A DNA stretch of 64,000 bases from the NCBI GenBank assembly GCA_963736875.1, contig CAVTQH010000002.1:199927-263926 (forward strand), in the 5' to 3' direction. The position numbers and the translations under genes were made by a program. The notes beneath the pieces were generated by a model, which saw only the letters and a program-made list of their open reading frames with translations, searched no databases and was not told the origin of the DNA. Origin of the DNA: Candidatus Amesbacteria bacterium (lineage in GTDB: Bacteria; Patescibacteriota; Microgenomatia; CAZETR01; Amesbacteraceae). Below, one piece after another: positions 56,136 through 64,000 of the stretch (position 1 is the first letter of the stretch; every line of letters starts with the position of its first letter).

Positions 56136-57476
56136 TTAATTTACGGGGATGGTGGAAGGAATGTAATAGACATTGCCCGTCAGCTGTCCGTTTAAGACGT
56201 TGGCCGATGAATCGGTGGTGTCGGAATCAAAATGATAAAGCATCATGGTATCGGCATCGGGGGTAAACGGCAGTTTGGAAGGAGTGAAATTTCCGGTGTA
56301 TCTGGCGGTATCGGAAACCCTCACTTCATCGATGACTCCCTGGAAGAAATCATAAAACGGCAGGTTTTTATCAAACAACCCGGCTCCGATGTGCAGACTC
56401 CGGCCGTTATTGCAGACAATCATGCCTACGTTGTAGGAATTTAATTTGACTCCGTTTTCGTAAATATGCAGGTTGCCGTTTTGTAAAACCCCGGCGACAT
56501 GTTTCCAGGAATTAAACTCTCCCGGGGTAACTGTGATGTAATTGCAGATGTTCCAGGGGTTCCAGTTACAGTTACCGGAATAAACCACCGTTTGGTTGCA
56601 GCCGTTGTTCGAACTTTGGACATCAAAGTAATAAATATACGAAACATTTGCTCCGTTGGGTATGGCATCCATTGATAGCCGGTAAGTATTATCGACAATG
56701 CGGTATCCGTAGCCGGCTTTTGCCGGGGCAATCGGCTTTATCCAGGCCTCAACCGTAACATTATCAGTCGGCAGATTCATCTTGGAAGAATACGGCACTT
56801 CCATATACTGCAGCACCGGGGTGTAAGACGGCGGGTTAAGGCCGGCAACTTTGCCTCCGAAAACCGCGGCTTCGCCCCAGGGGTAAGCCGGGGTGGGAGT
56901 GGGTGCCGGAGTGGAAGTGGGTGCCGGAGTCGGGGTGGGAACAATTAAACAGTCTTCTGATTTCATTAAAGGCCGGCACCAATAGCAGTCAGGGGAAATA
57001 ATATGGGTACCGGGACAGCCGGGATCATTGACTCCGAATTTATTGTATCTGGTTTCGGCATCAAGATTTTCGGTCTTGGATTTGGGGTTATAGCACAGAA
57101 CCGCCGAATTACCGCACCTGGTAATATGGATTTCTTTAAGTTCCGGCGTGGAAAGATATATTTCTTCAAATTTCGGGTCCTTGATCAGTTCGTGGATGCA
57201 GTCGGGAATATCCGTCAGAGGAACACCTGCGTTTAATTCATTCCGGCAGTCGGGATTCACATCCCAGGGGAGTTTTTTATGACTGCTGTAATACCCGATA
57301 GCGGAATTAATCACATCCTTGATTACGACTTTGGAACTGGCATCCGCGGCCTTGGAAATCTGTTCGGCGGGATTAACGGCAAAAAGAACCGTGGACAAAA
57401 TGACTGTCAGAATACCCATGACCATTAAAAGCTCAATCAGGGTAAAACCGGTGGCAATTTTATACCTCGTAACCAC
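56136..57476 (-). CDS. type IV pilin/pseudopilin-like protein with large lectin/LamG-like C-terminal domain
   Basis: A class III signal with prepilin cleavage/methylation motif G|FTLIELLMV, a (TP)n linker, and a Cys-rich jelly-roll-like C-terminus. Confidence 0.6.
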   Translation of the reverse strand: MVTRYKIATGFTLIELLMVMGILTVILSTVLFAVNPAEQISKAADASSKVVIKDVINSAIGYYSSHKKLPWDVNPDCRNELNAGVPLTDIPDCIHELIKDPKFEEIYLSTPELKEIHITRCGNSAVLCYNPKSKTENLDAETRYNKFGVNDPGCPGTHIISPDCYWCRPLMKSEDCLIVPTPTPAPTSTPAPTPTPAYPWGEAAVFGGKVAGLNPPSYTPVLQYMEVPYSSKMNLPTDNVTVEAWIKPIAPAKAGYGYRIVDNTYRLSMDAIPNGANVSYIYYFDVQSSNNGCNQTVVYSGNCNWNPWNICNYITVTPGEFNSWKHVAGVLQNGNLHIYENGVKLNSYNVGMIVCNNGRSLHIGAGLFDKNLPFYDFFQGVIDEVRVSDTARYTGNFTPSKLPFTPDADTMMLYHFDSDTTDSSANVLNGQLTGNVYYIPSTIPVN

Positions 57477-57508
57477 TTTGATTAATTATAGATGAAGGAA
57501 GTACTTAT

Positions 57509-60500
57509 TTGCTTCCTGGCAACCAAATCCGGATAGTGATACTATTAATAGTAGGATTTATGAAAAGTGAATATTCTGCTTTGGCAGAGCTTCTGATAGC
57601 AAAAGGAGTATCCGATACGGAAACTGTGTCCCGGATAAAAGATGCGGTTCTGGAAAAATTCCGCGACGAATATCCCAAAAGCCCCGCGGACGCTGCGGTC
57701 CTGGTCAATGAAAAGTCCGGTGATGTGATGATTTTTTCGGGTAACGAAAACATCACCCCGCCGAAATTCGGGGAAAAAGCCGCAGCCGTTGCCCGGCAGG
57801 TAATGATCGAAATACTGGCCCAGGCGGAAGGAAGCGGGAAGGGAAAAGCCAAACCTGTAACGGGGAGTCAGGTTCCGGGCCCCTGGACTTCAATCTTGGC
57901 CAACCTTTTTTTCTGGGGATACAACATCTATTTTGCCTTATTTAACCTGGGGCTGGTGTTTTCATTTTTCACCCCCGGATCCCTGACCGCCTTTATAGAT
58001 AACCTGAAAAATCTGGGAATTTTTAAACTGTTTTTTGCCCTGATCCTTATAGCTACCCCTTTGGCTTCCATGTACCTTACTCTCAGAAGAAAACTTTATA
58101 CCGCCCCCGGACGGCTTTTAAGGCTGTTTTTCCTGTTTGAACTGCCGGTGGTATTTGCGTGCCTTCTGCCCCTTGCTATGCTGGGGCAGACCACGCCGTT
58201 TTCAATTCTGTTTTCCCTGGCGGTTCTGGCCCTGCCGGGAATAATTTACCTGTACACCGCGGATATCAAATTTTCCGGCATTTGGCTGAAGGCCGTCTTC
58301 TTTATCCAGGAATTTGTGTTTATTATTGCGGCTTATTTGGGCCTGTTGCTGGCTTTTGTCGTCCCGGTAATTCTGGGAGGAGCCGCCAAATCGCTTTTTG
58401 ATTTCGGTCACTATTCATACGGTTACGGTTATTCCGTGTTTCAGCCTGAAATGGTAATCGGATTTTTCCTTAGTATGGGTTTAAACACCATCATCATGCT
58501 TCTGATTACGGGAGTGCTTTCCCTCCCATATCTGATACTGATGTTTTTAGGCAGAGCGGTTAATAAAACCCGCGCCGTTTTAACAGAGGTTTTGGGTAAA
58601 GAGCAGCTCTTTACCCTGGAAGCTGTTTTTGCAGTAATTATTCTCACTCTGGGAGCAATTTCAGCCTACCAACCGACAGGAAGTAAACTTCTGGATCCTT
58701 TAAGAAATATTTCCACGAGCACCACTTTTGAAGCCAAAGAGCAGATTGCCAAAGACCTGACACCGCAGGAGAAAAAACTAAAAACCCTGGTCGCTAACAT
58801 CAGCCGGGCCAGGAGCCGCTACCTGACGACCAAGGATGACAAAACAATACAACGTGCATATGAAGATGTTTTTGATATGAATGATACTTTAGCCGGAGCG
58901 GTGAACAGCATGTTCCTGACAGCAGCCTACCCGCTGGTTTACCAGGGAGAAAGCCGGGACAGTTATCAGCTCGGGCAGAATTTCTATTACATTTTCGGGT
59001 ATTCTCCTTTCGAAAGCACTGCCAAAACCAAAACTTCCATTGCCCCCGTCCCGGCATCTGCCAATAATGTGCTTTTAAACTACCGCAAAGTTACGGTCAC
59101 CCCGGACAGCGGCGGACTGACGGCCAAAATTGCCATTGAGGAGGAATACACCAATTCAACGAGCCAGCAGCAGGAAGTGCTATACGAATTTACTCTGCCC
59201 CGGGGAGCGGTCATGACCGGCCTGAAACTGGGACCGGATCTGGAATTTGAGGGCATCATTGCCCCCAAAGGCGCCGCCCAGAAAACTTACGAACAGCAGC
59301 TGCAGGTTCGAAGGGACCCGGCTTTATTGGAAGAAACCGGACCGCGGCAATACCGCCTGAGAGTATTTCCTGTCCCGGCCAAAAATGATTACGCCACTCT
59401 CAAAGGCCGGCGGCAAAAAGTCAGATTTGAATATGCCGCAGCGGCCACCCCGGAGGGCTTCCCTCTTCCGGAAATCACCCGCAAAACCAATGTCTATACC
59501 ACGGGAGCCAGCCAGATAATGCTTGTCACCGATCAGGGCAATAAACCGCTCTCGGAAAAAGATACTTATATCCCCCTGACCACTCTGGCCAAAGCGGATT
59601 TTTGTCAGGGCACGGGTGCTGCAGCCGGGACAATGACGGATCTTCTGGCCAACCAGCAGGATTTTAAATCCGTGGTCTGTGCCGACCCGGGAGGATTGCT
59701 GGGGAGTATTTCCGGATTAAAAATTGCCGTATTTTACGACGTCTCGGCGGAAAACAGAACCAAAAACCAGGAAGCGCAATTAAAGATTCTCGGTGAAAGC
59801 AAAAAATTCCTGACCAACAATAAAGTTGACCTTTACAAGTACAGCGATTTGCCGGGACAGGCGGTCGGCCTGACGGCTGATAATTTTGCCGAAGAGTCCA
59901 AGGTTACGTACTTCGGGAAAAGCAATGCTCTGGCGGCTTTGAACACTTTCAGCCAAAAATATGACCTGGTGCTGATCCTTACAGGCAATGCCGCATTTGC
60001 CCAGACGGAAATCCTGCCGTTTGCGTATCCGACGCAGGTATATCTTGTGCATCCGCAATTGCCGCCCGCCTACACCATGAAACTGGCATCCAAACTGCTG
60101 CAAACCGGCGGTGACGCCACCGGTTCTCTATCGGAAGCTCTGAAACTGTATGTGCTGAACCGGGCTATGGAAAGCAAATACGCAAAAGGCGGATACCTGG
60201 TCAACGATTATGTCGGGGCGACTTTCCCCGTTCAGGGAACGGACTCGCTTTTGGGAGTGGATAAAAACGGGGGAGCCGCGGCCGCTCTGGTAAACAAGGG
60301 TATCTACAGGACATCCCTGACCGGAAAACTGGGCGACATTTCGGGAGACGTCAGTATTCTGGATAAACTGCATGCATTTGCCCGGGAAGCCCAAATAGTT
60401 ACCGTCTATTCTTCACTCATTTCCCTCGTGAACGCCCAGCAGCTGCAGACACTGGAACAACTGCAGCAGCAGTACAACCGGTACGAAGACCGGACTTTGA

Positions 60501-60829
60501 TAGAAAACAGAACGATTACAACACCTCCCATGGAATTGAACCAGATGGAGTTGCCAACTACCAGATTCGGCTCCATCGGCAGTTCCCTGTTTAACGTGGA
60601 TATGATACAAACCGATTTGAAAAGTGTCAGCGGCGGCGGAGGTAATTTCGGGGGAATCAGCGGAGCCGGGGTACTTTCTAACCCGAGTGCAAGTTTTGGC
60701 GTCAGTGGCGGCGGTATGGGACTGGGAAGTTTGGTGTCAGGCCTGCCCCTGTTTCTGATAGCTAATGCCCTGCTTCTCGCATTTGGTCTGGGATTCTATA
60801 TTGTCAGGCTGCTGCGCCACAGGAAGTAA
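57509..60829 (+). CDS. giant polytopic membrane protein (1106 aa) with Gly-rich C-terminal anchor
   Basis: A ~110-aa soluble N-terminus, ~10 TMs, a ~650-aa extracytoplasmic domain, and a GGGGNFGGISG...GGGMGLGSLVSGLPLFLIANALLLAFGLGFYIVRLLRHRK tail. Confidence 0.4.
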   Translation: MLPGNQIRIVILLIVGFMKSEYSALAELLIAKGVSDTETVSRIKDAVLEKFRDEYPKSPADAAVLVNEKSGDVMIFSGNENITPPKFGEKAAAVARQVMIEILAQAEGSGKGKAKPVTGSQVPGPWTSILANLFFWGYNIYFALFNLGLVFSFFTPGSLTAFIDNLKNLGIFKLFFALILIATPLASMYLTLRRKLYTAPGRLLRLFFLFELPVVFACLLPLAMLGQTTPFSILFSLAVLALPGIIYLYTADIKFSGIWLKAVFFIQEFVFIIAAYLGLLLAFVVPVILGGAAKSLFDFGHYSYGYGYSVFQPEMVIGFFLSMGLNTIIMLLITGVLSLPYLILMFLGRAVNKTRAVLTEVLGKEQLFTLEAVFAVIILTLGAISAYQPTGSKLLDPLRNISTSTTFEAKEQIAKDLTPQEKKLKTLVANISRARSRYLTTKDDKTIQRAYEDVFDMNDTLAGAVNSMFLTAAYPLVYQGESRDSYQLGQNFYYIFGYSPFESTAKTKTSIAPVPASANNVLLNYRKVTVTPDSGGLTAKIAIEEEYTNSTSQQQEVLYEFTLPRGAVMTGLKLGPDLEFEGIIAPKGAAQKTYEQQLQVRRDPALLEETGPRQYRLRVFPVPAKNDYATLKGRRQKVRFEYAAAATPEGFPLPEITRKTNVYTTGASQIMLVTDQGNKPLSEKDTYIPLTTLAKADFCQGTGAAAGTMTDLLANQQDFKSVVCADPGGLLGSISGLKIAVFYDVSAENRTKNQEAQLKILGESKKFLTNNKVDLYKYSDLPGQAVGLTADNFAEESKVTYFGKSNALAALNTFSQKYDLVLILTGNAAFAQTEILPFAYPTQVYLVHPQLPPAYTMKLASKLLQTGGDATGSLSEALKLYVLNRAMESKYAKGGYLVNDYVGATFPVQGTDSLLGVDKNGGAAAALVNKGIYRTSLTGKLGDISGDVSILDKLHAFAREAQIVTVYSSLISLVNAQQLQTLEQLQQQYNRYEDRTLIENRTITTPPMELNQMELPTTRFGSIGSSLFNVDMIQTDLKSVSGGGGNFGGISGAGVLSNPSASFGVSGGGMGLGSLVSGLPLFLIANALLLAFGLGFYIVRLLRHRK

Positions 60830-60837
60830 ACTATTAA

Positions 60838-61271
60838 TGGAAAAAAGGGGAGTACTCACCAAAATATTGACGGTTACCGGAGCTTTTCTGGTATGGTTTC
60901 CGGTTCTGGCACCGTTTATTTTCTCTGCCGGCTCGCTTATGGGAGACGGCATATTTAGGTTTGACTTCCTTATGCCCGCCGAACTTTTTCCTCTGATACT
61001 TATCGGCGGCGGATTACTTTTCTGGGCATCCCGGCGGGCAGGTTCACAGCAGAAGTTCATCGGTTGGAGTCTGGTTCTGACCGTGGTTTTTCTGGTCAGT
61101 TGCCAGGGGTTAGCTATGATAACGGGGTTAGCGTCAGGTGAAACCGAACCCGTGGGACTTCCCTTAATAGCCGTTACTTATTTGCTGGCTGGTTATATTC
61201 TGGGGGCGGTGGCAGTGGGGGTGGGGGGATTACTTCTGCTTCGTGATCTGTTTATATTCTCACGAAGATAG
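60838..61271 (+). CDS. small polytopic membrane protein (~144 aa)
   Basis: Four TMs. It starts right after the stop of the giant gene (track ORF 60765-61271). Confidence 0.3.
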
Positions 61272-61367
61272 AATAACTGACCATACAGGCATTCCAGTAA
61301 ATAGTATCGCAGCTGGATCCAGGCAACGACCAGGTAGTCGAGAAACGCATTTGCGAATGCCGAATGG

Positions 61368-62549
61368 TCACTTCTTTAATACGGATTTATAGTGCAAGGC
61401 CAAAGCTCCCAGGCCTGTCCACAAAACTACCAGTGAGATGAAAAATCCCAAGAACGGAATCATTTTAAGTAAATAAATCGCTGTCATTCCCGCGGCGAAA
61501 ACTGCATAAACCGAAGGTTTTTTCCATCCGGATTTTTCTGACAGCCAGATACCCAAAGATAAACCCGCCACAATTTTAGCCAGATACATATTTATCAGAA
61601 ATACCAGAATTACCAAACCGGCCAGAGGTATTCCTACTATGGTAAGCGCCAGAATTATCAGTGCCGGAATAATAGCTATGCAAATCAAAAATCCTGTTCC
61701 CAGACTGGTCCAAAATGAATTGGTTACCCGTTTTGCCGACTCGGAAAATGTTTTATTAAACAGTTTAAGGCAAATAAGTCCGACAATCAGCACCCCGATC
61801 AGGGAGAAAATATTTGCCGCCAGTCTGAACGTCGCAAAAGCTTTCGGCAAATCTTTCCTGGCAAGTTCCAAATTATTCTTACCGGTGAACTTATTCTCAG
61901 TCTTATTAATCGTTCCTCCGATAGTTGCCGAATCCGAGATATTGATTTCTGTTGTCCTGTCCCCCAAAGCGTAGTATAAATCTTTGGCGATTTTTGCATT
62001 CGGACCGATCGAAATGTTTCCGGCTCCGATGCGGACTTCACCGCCCACTGCCGAGTTGACGTCCGCGTTTCCCGCGCCCGCAAAAATATTCCTTTTGACC
62101 GGGGAATTAATCGTGATGCTTCCGGTTCCCGCCAGTATCGAACCGCTGATTGATGAATCCGCGTCAATACTGACATTTCCCGCTCCCACCAGAAGCGAGT
62201 CGCCGATTATTGCATTACTTACAATCACATTCCCGGCTCCGACATAAGCATTCTGGCTTACCCGCCCGCTCAAATACACAATTCCGCCGCCCGCGTGCAG
62301 GGACCCGTTGATGATGCCGTTGATGCGGATGGTTTCTGCCCCCGCGTACACATCACCATTTACCGTTCCGAATATTTCCACCGTTTGCGCGGCAACCAAC
62401 AGATCATCATTGATTATTTCACCCTTGGCAATTGTTACCACTCCCTTTTCCACGGAAATTACTTTAGCCGCGGCTTCGGTCACGGGAAACGTTAGCAATG
62501 CCAAACCAAAAACCAGTAAAGCCGGTAAGAACTTACTGATAAATTTCAC
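61368..62549 (-). CDS. bactofilin-like (DUF583 beta-helical repeat) protein with signal peptide and C-terminal TM domain
   Basis: Repeats GTVNGDVYAGAETIRINGIINGSLHAGGGIVYLSGRV...GAGNVIV..., then 4-5 TMs. Confidence 0.5.
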   Translation of the reverse strand: MKFISKFLPALLVFGLALLTFPVTEAAAKVISVEKGVVTIAKGEIINDDLLVAAQTVEIFGTVNGDVYAGAETIRINGIINGSLHAGGGIVYLSGRVSQNAYVGAGNVIVSNAIIGDSLLVGAGNVSIDADSSISGSILAGTGSITINSPVKRNIFAGAGNADVNSAVGGEVRIGAGNISIGPNAKIAKDLYYALGDRTTEINISDSATIGGTINKTENKFTGKNNLELARKDLPKAFATFRLAANIFSLIGVLIVGLICLKLFNKTFSESAKRVTNSFWTSLGTGFLICIAIIPALIILALTIVGIPLAGLVILVFLINMYLAKIVAGLSLGIWLSEKSGWKKPSVYAVFAAGMTAIYLLKMIPFLGFFISLVVLWTGLGALALHYKSVLKK

Positions 62550-62708
62550 AGTATCATTATATATCCCAATTCAATTAATTAATATAAAAGTCTTGAAGTA
62601 GCAGTACTCTATCTATTGCCCAGTGCTTAGTCCCTTGTGCCTTTCCCTATTTCCCTCCCAAACTCATGCCCGTATTTTACTCCCTTTTGTCATGAAGAAC
62701 GATACCGG

Positions 62709-62993
62709 CTATACAGCAGGACTGATCCGGAGCTTGTGCTCGATTTTTACTGTTCTCTCTGCCAAATCATTTACTTTGCTATTAACACCCGAAAGAATAG
62801 TCTGTTCCTCCCTGATGACTTTCAACTCTCCCATGACTTCATCCATTTTCCCGTAAAATTCCTCTTTGTTCGGGAGATGTTTGATATCATCTTTGGTAAC
62901 AAATTTCCGGTTTTCGTCGAGGGTGGTTTCTACCAGACTTTTGATATTAGTTAAATCCTTTTTGGTTAACGGCATGAAGTTATTAAACGTCAC
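62709..62993 (-). CDS. hypothetical protein, 94 aa
   Basis: ORF only. Confidence 0.25.
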   Translation of the reverse strand: MTFNNFMPLTKKDLTNIKSLVETTLDENRKFVTKDDIKHLPNKEEFYGKMDEVMGELKVIREEQTILSGVNSKVNDLAERTVKIEHKLRISPAV

Positions 62994-63086
62994 AAAACAT
63001 GGGGTGTCAATAAGACAGACGGATAATTATGCAATGCAGGCAGGATAATAAATCCGCGCGCAATCAGGCACATGCCCCGACAGTTG

Positions 63087-63138
63087 CGCGTGAGCACGGA
63101 TTTATGCCTGCCGAATTGCAGTATCCTGCCATCCCGAA
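63087..63138. repeat. copy 3 of the ~52-bp intergenic repeat
   Basis: gcgtgagcacggatttatgcctgccgaattgcagtatcctgccatcccgaat. It is preceded by an inverted repeat aaatccgcgcgca...tgcgcgtgagcacggattt. Confidence 0.6.
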
Positions 63139-63165
63139 TGCACTACCAGTGTATAATTTCAGCAA

Positions 63166-63927
63166 ATGAGCAGCTACTACAATCCCCAAAGGACCAAAAA
63201 TTTGTACGATCCCGAAACCAAAGAAAGGTTTCGTTTAAGCCGGTCAAAAATTGATCTTTATATCAATTGTCCCCGCTGTTTTTATCTGGACCGGAAACTC
63301 GGGGTGGCCCAGCCGCCGGGTTATCCGTTTTCTTTAAACTCCGCGGTGGACAAGCTTCTCAAAAAAGAATTTGATATCCACCGGGCTCACGGCACTACCC
63401 ACCCCCTGATGAAAACTTATGGCATAGACGCGATCCCCCTGGCCCACGAAAAAATCAACGAGTGGCGGGATTCATTAAGAGGGGGAATTACCGTAAATAT
63501 CAAAGGAACAAATGTGGTGGTGACCGGGGGAGTGGATGATGTCTGGGTTACTCCGTCCGGGGAATATCTGATAGTGGACTACAAAGCCACTTCCAAAGAG
63601 GAGGAAGTTACTCTGGATGCCGACTGGCAGATAGGATACAAGCGCCAGATGGAAATATACCAGTGGCTTTTCCGGCAAAATGGTTTCCGGGTGTCAACGA
63701 CCGGAATATTTGTCTACTGCAACGGCAACACCGATAAGGAAGCCTTTGACGGCAGGCTGGAGTTTGATATCAAGATTATTCCGTACGAAGGTGACGATTC
63801 CTGGGTGGAAAACACCATTAAAGATGCCATTACCTGTTTAAAGCAGGACAAACTGCCCGATCCGGGTCCCGATTGCGACTTCTGCAAATACCGGGAAGCA
63901 GCCTCAAAAGTCGAGGGTAATACCTGA
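63166..63927 (+). CDS. Cas4/RecB-like PD-(D/E)XK nuclease family protein (DUF83-like) with 4-Cys cluster
   Basis: N-terminal CPRC, GGVDDVWV, IVDYKAT (D-x-K) and C-terminal CDFC. No CRISPR array nearby. Confidence 0.55.
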   Translation: MSSYYNPQRTKNLYDPETKERFRLSRSKIDLYINCPRCFYLDRKLGVAQPPGYPFSLNSAVDKLLKKEFDIHRAHGTTHPLMKTYGIDAIPLAHEKINEWRDSLRGGITVNIKGTNVVVTGGVDDVWVTPSGEYLIVDYKATSKEEEVTLDADWQIGYKRQMEIYQWLFRQNGFRVSTTGIFVYCNGNTDKEAFDGRLEFDIKIIPYEGDDSWVENTIKDAITCLKQDKLPDPGPDCDFCKYREAASKVEGNT

Positions 63928-64000
63928 TATTCTGGTAAAAAACAGTATTTAATGGTAAAATGAGACAGGTACTGCTTGATATCGAGTTTGATACTTTGAT

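Noticed and set aside
57509-57850. NusA N-terminal-domain-like similarity at the start of the 1106-aa membrane protein
   Set aside because: The resemblance is only a loose pattern (helical, GDV...IF). NusA is cytoplasmic and unfused, so this is likely coincidental.
1-64000. Alternative genetic code (for example UGA=Gly as in some CPR) as an explanation for in-frame stops
   Set aside because: Most genes terminate cleanly with TGA, TAA or TAG and long ORFs are intact under the standard code. The in-frame stop in gltX is TAG and it coincides with frameshifts.
1-64000. CRISPR arrays, rRNA, tRNA, tmRNA, SRP RNA, transposases or integrases
   Set aside because: No regular short direct-repeat/spacer pattern was found. 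No GTTCGAATC-type tRNA T-arm with a matching acceptor stem was found. No recombinase or transposase motifs were recognised in any ORF.

Overview
This 64 kb window looks like a small-genome bacterium, probably Patescibacteria/CPR-like. It is gene-dense on both strands at roughly 48-50% GC, with DUF2207, DUF3048, a long pilin-like protein, a short Rel and a reduced RNase P RNA. Housekeeping genes are confidently readable: miaA, secD/secF, cca, recJ, rel, aspS (archaeal type), gltX, eno, bcp, mltG, a D-Ala-D-Ala carboxypeptidase, rdgB/Ham1, a NUDIX hydrolase and a 5'-nucleotidase. An ion-homeostasis block holds a MgtA-type ATPase, a Ca2+-type P-type ATPase and a csoR-copA copper operon. RNase P RNA sits at about 2563-2828. 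A 47-aa DUF5679-like zinc-ribbon gene is absent from the ORF track. The most interesting part is the right third of the window. A sharply AT-rich island of about 6 kb (about 49.5-55.4 kb) carries nuclease-type genes typical of anti-phage defence: an OLD-family ABC-ATPase with a TOPRIM-like tail, an HNH endonuclease, a MazG-like NTP pyrophosphohydrolase tightly coupled to an EVE/PUA-plus-nuclease fusion, a NERD-domain membrane protein and an AIG2/GGACT-like gene. A roughly 52-bp repeat occurs three times (about 47.99, 55.45 and 63.09 kb) at the borders of successive accessory blocks. The second block (55.5-63.9 kb) encodes two tiny Cys-rich proteins, a type IV pilin-like protein with a lectin-like C-terminal domain, a 1106-aa polytopic membrane protein, a membrane-anchored bactofilin-like protein and a Cas4-like nuclease. 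An unusual number of otherwise recognisable genes are broken: copA (three frameshifts), the gltX C-terminal domain (two frameshifts and an in-frame TAG), mltG, the dacA signal peptide, a second Memo copy and the AIG2-like gene (at an A8 run). The long ORFs of 2.4-3.3 kb are intact. The disruptions are therefore clustered, which points to real pseudogenes or local assembly problems rather than a uniformly high error rate. No CRISPR array, rRNA, tRNA or transposase was recognised. Where I located features myself rather than from the ORF track, coordinates are approximate by a few nucleotides.
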